Shown one piece after another: positions 15,781 through 19,554 of a stretch of 19,554 bases of DNA. The position numbers and the translations under genes are program-made. The DNA comes from Bacteriovoracia bacterium (GTDB lineage: Bacteria; Bdellovibrionota; Bacteriovoracia; Bacteriovoracales; Bacteriovoracaceae): positions 1 through 19,554 of the forward strand of contig JBKHVI010000048.1 in assembly GCA_046570105.1 (NCBI GenBank), in the 5' to 3' direction. Below the pieces are notes generated by a model. That model was not told the DNA's origin. It searched no databases and worked only from the letters and a program-made list of their open reading frames with translations. The number at the start of each line of letters is the position of its first letter. Position 1 is the first letter of the stretch.

Positions 15781-17070
15781 ATGAATATTTTTACTCATGA
15801 GGCCCTGAATCTTCGTAAAACTCTTACCGCAAAACGCTTCACAAGTGTTTTGCAACCAAAAGACTTAGTCTTAGTCTTCTGTGGTGAGCCCCTGCAAAAG
15901 CCTGGTGGCCACGATCAGACCTATGACTTCCTGGCCCACCCTGATTATCTTTGGCTAACCGGCTCTCGACGTCCCTTCGGCGTCAGCGTGTTCACACTTG
16001 AAGAAGGCTGGATTGATTTTGTTAAGCCGATCAGTCGTGATGAGAAAATCTGGGAAGGCGGCGGTACCGTTATTCCAGGACGTCCGATTGAAGAGCTCGA
16101 TGCATGGATAGAAAAGTTCTCCGCCAAACGTACTTTTTGCATCGGTCAAAAAGGTCTTGCTCATCCGGTTAAATCAGAAAGTGATGAAGTTCTGGCCGAT
16201 GTCCAAGAAGCTTTCAATGAAGTTCGTCGTATTAAAGATGCGGAAGAAGTCGCCCTTATTAGAAGTCTAGCTGCCATGGCGAACGCTGGTTACAAACATA
16301 TTAAAAATTTTATTCGTCCTGGTCTAACTGAGCGCCAAATCCAAATCGCTTACGAAACAGAAGTCTTTAAGGCCGGTGCTGAAAAGATGCCTTACGGATC
16401 AATCGTTGGCACAGGCACCAATGGAGCAATCCTTCATGCCTCTCCTTCTCAACGTGTGGTTAAGTCAGGTGACTTGGTGTTAATCGATGCTGGTGCTGAC
16501 GTCTCTGATTACTGCGTCGATATCACTCGCGTTTTCGCAGCCGATGGCAAAATGACCACGCAACAAAAAATGGTCTACGATCTTGTCCTTAAAGCTCAAA
16601 CAGAATCCATCGCACTCTGTAAGCCAGGCGTAGAGTGGCACGAAGTTCACAAAGCTTCGGCACGTGTCTTTGCTAACGGTCTCAAAGAGATGGGCATTAT
16701 CAAAACTGAAGCTGAAGCGGCCCTGGAAGCAGGCGCAGCCTCCGTATTCTTTCCACATGGTGTGGGCCATATGGTGGGCTTACGTGTGCGAGATGTAGGC
16801 GGACGCTTCACTAAAAATGCCCGCACGGCTTTTGGTGTGCGCGTACGCGTTGATATGCCAATGCAAGATGGCTTCCTCATGACTGTTGAACCAGGCCTCT
16901 ACTTCATACAAGCACTCATCGATGATGCAGATACACGCACAAAGTTCGCTGATCACATCAATTGGAGTGAAGTCGAGAAGTGGCGCGAGTTTGGTGGCAT
17001 TCGTTTGGAAGATGACATTCTCATTACCAAGCAAGGTCCACAGAATCTCACGGCCGTCGTGGAAAAATAA
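15781..17070 (+). CDS. pepP: Xaa-Pro aminopeptidase (M24B)
   Basis: AMP_N-like N-terminus, RRIKDAEE, ILH, LIDAG...DITR, HGVGH, TVEPGLY and GGIRLEDD. Confidence 0.92.
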   Translation: MNIFTHEALNLRKTLTAKRFTSVLQPKDLVLVFCGEPLQKPGGHDQTYDFLAHPDYLWLTGSRRPFGVSVFTLEEGWIDFVKPISRDEKIWEGGGTVIPGRPIEELDAWIEKFSAKRTFCIGQKGLAHPVKSESDEVLADVQEAFNEVRRIKDAEEVALIRSLAAMANAGYKHIKNFIRPGLTERQIQIAYETEVFKAGAEKMPYGSIVGTGTNGAILHASPSQRVVKSGDLVLIDAGADVSDYCVDITRVFAADGKMTTQQKMVYDLVLKAQTESIALCKPGVEWHEVHKASARVFANGLKEMGIIKTEAEAALEAGAASVFFPHGVGHMVGLRVRDVGGRFTKNARTAFGVRVRVDMPMQDGFLMTVEPGLYFIQALIDDADTRTKFADHINWSEVEKWREFGGIRLEDDILITKQGPQNLTAVVEK

Positions 17071-17825
17071 TGACGATTAAAACTCAGCAAGAACTAGAAA
17101 TGCTTAAAAAAGCCGGACGAGTTGTAGCAGAAACGCTGCAACTTATGATTCGTTCGGCTGAAGCCGGCATGACGACGGCTGAACTTGATTTAATCGGAAG
17201 AAAAAATCTAGAAAGACACGGCGCTCGCTCGGCCCCAGAACTCACTTATAATTTTCCTGGTGCCACTTGTATTAGCATAAATGAACAAGTCGCTCACGGA
17301 ATTCCCAGTGATCGCAAAATTCAAATTGGTGATTTGATCAATATTGATGTCTCTTGTGAGTTGAATGGTTTTTTTGCTGATACCGGCGCTTCTTTTCAGT
17401 TCCAAGGAAATGATGCCAAGCTTGCAAGCCTCATGGACGTGACCAAGAAGAGCCTGAAAGAATCAATTAAGAAGTGCCGTCCCGCTCAGCGATTTAATCT
17501 CATCGGCCAAACAATAGAAACCCACGCCAAGCGCGCTGGCTTTTCAGTCATTGAAAACATCGGCAGTCATGGTGTAGGCCGCGCCCTTCACGAGGCCCCT
17601 GAATTTATCGCTGGCTACTACGACCCTCAAGATCGTCGCACCATGCATGAAGGCCAAGTCTTTACCATTGAACCGTTCATTTCAACGGGTGCGCAAATGG
17701 TTGAGGAGCTCGATGATAAATGGACGCTCGCGACTTCTGATCGCTATAGAACTGCTCAATATGAACACACTATTGTGATTACCAAAAACTCTCCCATCGT
17801 CATCACTGCCAACGAGATGTTCTAA
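17070..17825 (+). CDS. map: Type I methionine aminopeptidase
   Basis: CISINEQVAHGIP, NIDVS, ADTG, HGVGRALHE, FTIEP and AQYEHT. TAATG overlap with pepP. Confidence 0.96.
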   Translation: MTIKTQQELEMLKKAGRVVAETLQLMIRSAEAGMTTAELDLIGRKNLERHGARSAPELTYNFPGATCISINEQVAHGIPSDRKIQIGDLINIDVSCELNGFFADTGASFQFQGNDAKLASLMDVTKKSLKESIKKCRPAQRFNLIGQTIETHAKRAGFSVIENIGSHGVGRALHEAPEFIAGYYDPQDRRTMHEGQVFTIEPFISTGAQMVEELDDKWTLATSDRYRTAQYEHTIVITKNSPIVITANEMF

Positions 17826-18476
17826 TTAAAATTTGAAATTATTGTGAAGAGCTGCCAAGCGCTCTTCTACCAAGTGACAGTACTCCGTCACTTGCTCTGG
17901 AGTTGCGTCTTTGGGAACCATAATGGGTTCGCCATAAGTGATAACAATAGTTGAAAACGGTTTGGGTACCTTGAAACGATCCCAAGAATTAAACTCCCAA
18001 ACAGACTTCGCTTCAGCAATGACTGGAAGTATGGGGGCCTGTGTTTCCTTAGCAATCAAAACAATTCCTGGCTTACACCCATGCCGAGGTCCCTTGGGTC
18101 CATCAATCGTAATGCCACCAGAGATTCCCTCACCCATTTTGGCGATGTACTCCTGAATGGCCTCTTTACCACCTTTGTCTTTGTTCTTTTTGCGAGAAGA
18201 ACCGCGCACCGGAATGAAACCAAACTTCTTACAAACAAAGGCGGCGTAGTCACCATCTTTGCTACGAGAAGCCAGCGTCAGAAACGGTACAGTCCATGCG
18301 TGAGCACTCAAAACTGATAAAACATGTTCATGCCAGACAGCAAAGACAAAAGCATTTTTGGAATTGAGAGATTTTACTTTTTCGCGATGCTCGAGACCGC
18401 GAATTTCGAATTTCTGAGTCAAACGAATGGCCCAGACCAGAAACCAGATTATGTTTTGTAGCACCCTATGTAGCAT
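17826..18476 (-). CDS. DUF374 / lysophospholipid acyltransferase family protein (LpxJ-like)
   Basis: WH, SRSKDG, RGSS, DGPKGP and SWDRFKVPKPF motifs. Confidence 0.85.
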   Translation of the reverse strand: MLHRVLQNIIWFLVWAIRLTQKFEIRGLEHREKVKSLNSKNAFVFAVWHEHVLSVLSAHAWTVPFLTLASRSKDGDYAAFVCKKFGFIPVRGSSRKKNKDKGGKEAIQEYIAKMGEGISGGITIDGPKGPRHGCKPGIVLIAKETQAPILPVIAEAKSVWEFNSWDRFKVPKPFSTIVITYGEPIMVPKDATPEQVTEYCHLVEERLAALHNNFKF

Positions 18477-18499
18477 AGGGTGCCACTATAACTTAAATC

Positions 18500-18823
18500 T
18501 TAAAGACGTGGCAAACGGACGGTCACTTTCTTAGTTGCGCCATGGCCAGTAATTGAAACAGAAACCGGAGTAATGACACGATCCATAGTCCCCTGGTCAT
18601 TCATAACGCCTTTAGAAAAGTTCAGAACGTATTCGTAGCAAGCGCAACGAGGAAAAACACCACGAGTAGCGTGCGTGTCCACAACATTGGCCAAAACGAA
18701 ACCCTTCCCAACCATTTTTTCTTCGGCAGCGATAACTTTCTCTTCATTCATCATCGTGCGGATATCGAAAGCCATAGCAGACATGCTCATCATAAGAACT
18801 GCGATAGTAAGCAAGAATTTCAT
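18500..18823 (-). CDS. Small secreted hypothetical protein
   Basis: Signal peptide ending AMA, SD GGGAG upstream, and a CxC motif. Confidence 0.75.
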   Translation of the reverse strand: MKFLLTIAVLMMSMSAMAFDIRTMMNEEKVIAAEEKMVGKGFVLANVVDTHATRGVFPRCACYEYVLNFSKGVMNDQGTMDRVITPVSVSITGHGATKKVTVRLPRL

Positions 18824-18981
18824 AAAATCTCCCTTTGAGGTTTAGGGGTAAACTAGAGAAACTCTCTTAATTCAATAAGACGATTGAAAATAATACCTAT
18901 ACACGGTCTTAACACCTTGTGAAAACAGGGGGTGTCACACATGAGATCGGTGTATCATTAACCTATATTCAAAGGGGTTGT

Positions 18982-19491
18982 ATGACCAAAATTCTCATGC
19001 TTTCAGCTTTTTTTATCTGTTCAACTGCTATGGCACAAGAGATAGCCACCGTGGTTCTAGTTAAAGGAGAAGCCTTAAGCGGAACGACTGCACTTAAAAA
19101 AGGCGATCGTATTGCAACAGGGAGTAGTATCACAACCAAGGACAAGTCTTTCGTCCGTATCAAATTTGATGACCAGGTCGCAATTCAAGCTGGTTCGAAT
19201 ACTGAATTCAAATTGAGTCGTAATGAGAAGAAAGACAATACGCTTTTAGAAATCGTCAAAGGTGAGGTGCTTTCGAGAATCCAACCGAAAGCTATTTTCC
19301 ATGAACGCTTTACGGTGAAAACACCGCAAGCGACGATGGGGATACGCGGGACAACTCTCTTCACTCATGTCGCCAATGATCAGCACACTTTCTTATGTGT
19401 TTGCGAAGGAAAGGTTGCGACGAGATACGGCAATAAAGAAGAGATTATTAAAACAACTAAGCATGACCGCCCAATTGATATGGTGGTGTAA
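18982..19491 (+). CDS. Secreted FecR-domain protein, possibly 3'-truncated
   Basis: ATG 18982 follows AAGGGG and opens a signal peptide. FecR-type motifs LKKGD.I..G..I.T, G.NT, VKTPQATMGIRGT and CVCEGKV. Confidence 0.8.
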   Translation: MTKILMLSAFFICSTAMAQEIATVVLVKGEALSGTTALKKGDRIATGSSITTKDKSFVRIKFDDQVAIQAGSNTEFKLSRNEKKDNTLLEIVKGEVLSRIQPKAIFHERFTVKTPQATMGIRGTTLFTHVANDQHTFLCVCEGKVATRYGNKEEIIKTTKHDRPIDMVV

Positions 19492-19554
19492 GAAATCTTG
19501 TGTAAATTCTGATTTGGCCTAAGCATGGCCCTCTCCATAGAATTGGTTTGCTTC
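19482..19554. mobile_element. Probable terminal inverted repeat of an IS256-family element continuing beyond the window
   Basis: GGTGGTGTAAGAAATCTTGTGTAAAT fits the IS256-family end pattern G-N4-TGT...TGTGTAA as I recall it. The FecR stop codon falls inside it. Confidence 0.55.

Noticed and set aside
18900..18954. Imperfect nested hairpin upstream of the FecR gene as an ncRNA or riboswitch
   Set aside because: Pairing is imperfect and matches no family I recognise. An Infernal/Rfam scan would be needed.
289..19163. Short alternative-frame and antisense ORFs in the track (e.g. 289, 543, 2435, 4020, 4261, 8082, 10521, 10640, 11204, 11575, 12489, 13156, 13497, 13630, 14030, 14738, 15945, 15955, 16480, 16647, 16780, 16886, 17208, 17938, 18056, 18081, 18969)
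   Set aside because: All lie within or across well-supported genes or the flagellin leader and show no recognisable motifs. Treated as shadow ORFs.
1..19554. CRISPR array, tandem repeat arrays, rRNA
   Set aside because: No regularly spaced repeats or rRNA-like sequence seen. The window is almost entirely coding.

Overview
Ordinary-GC chromosomal window that looks like a Bdellovibrionota predator, probably Bacteriovoracaceae. This is an inference from the short 277-aa flagellin, the secreted protein-glutaminase-like enzyme and the general gene style. From left to right it holds: (1) the right end of an integrative element, with an intact tyrosine integrase, arm-like repeats, a displaced tRNA-His 3' fragment and a terminator; (2) alkC; (3) a compact 4.7-kb cluster of an alpha/beta hydrolase, a ThiF/E1-like adenylyltransferase, a divergent LuxI/FeeM-like N-acyltransferase, two paralogous XRE-HTH regulators with ligand-binding-like domains, and a lone receiver protein; (4) a CapA-family lipoprotein, chrA, a secreted protein glutaminase, a flagellin with a structured GGA-loop leader, and a secreted zinc peptidase; (5) a coupled pair of a secreted atypical-kinase-fold protein and a secreted CYTH protein; (6) pepP-map, a DUF374 acyltransferase, a small secreted protein, and a FecR-domain gene apparently cut by an IS256-like end at the window edge. 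The best candidate for an undescribed system is the 2794-7493 cluster, a putative acyl-amino-acid or oxazolone-like signal synthesis, sensing and quenching module with a two-fold symmetric divergent promoter. The second candidate is the extracytoplasmic kinase-like + CYTH pair. All family calls come from recognising motifs by eye; no database searches were run.
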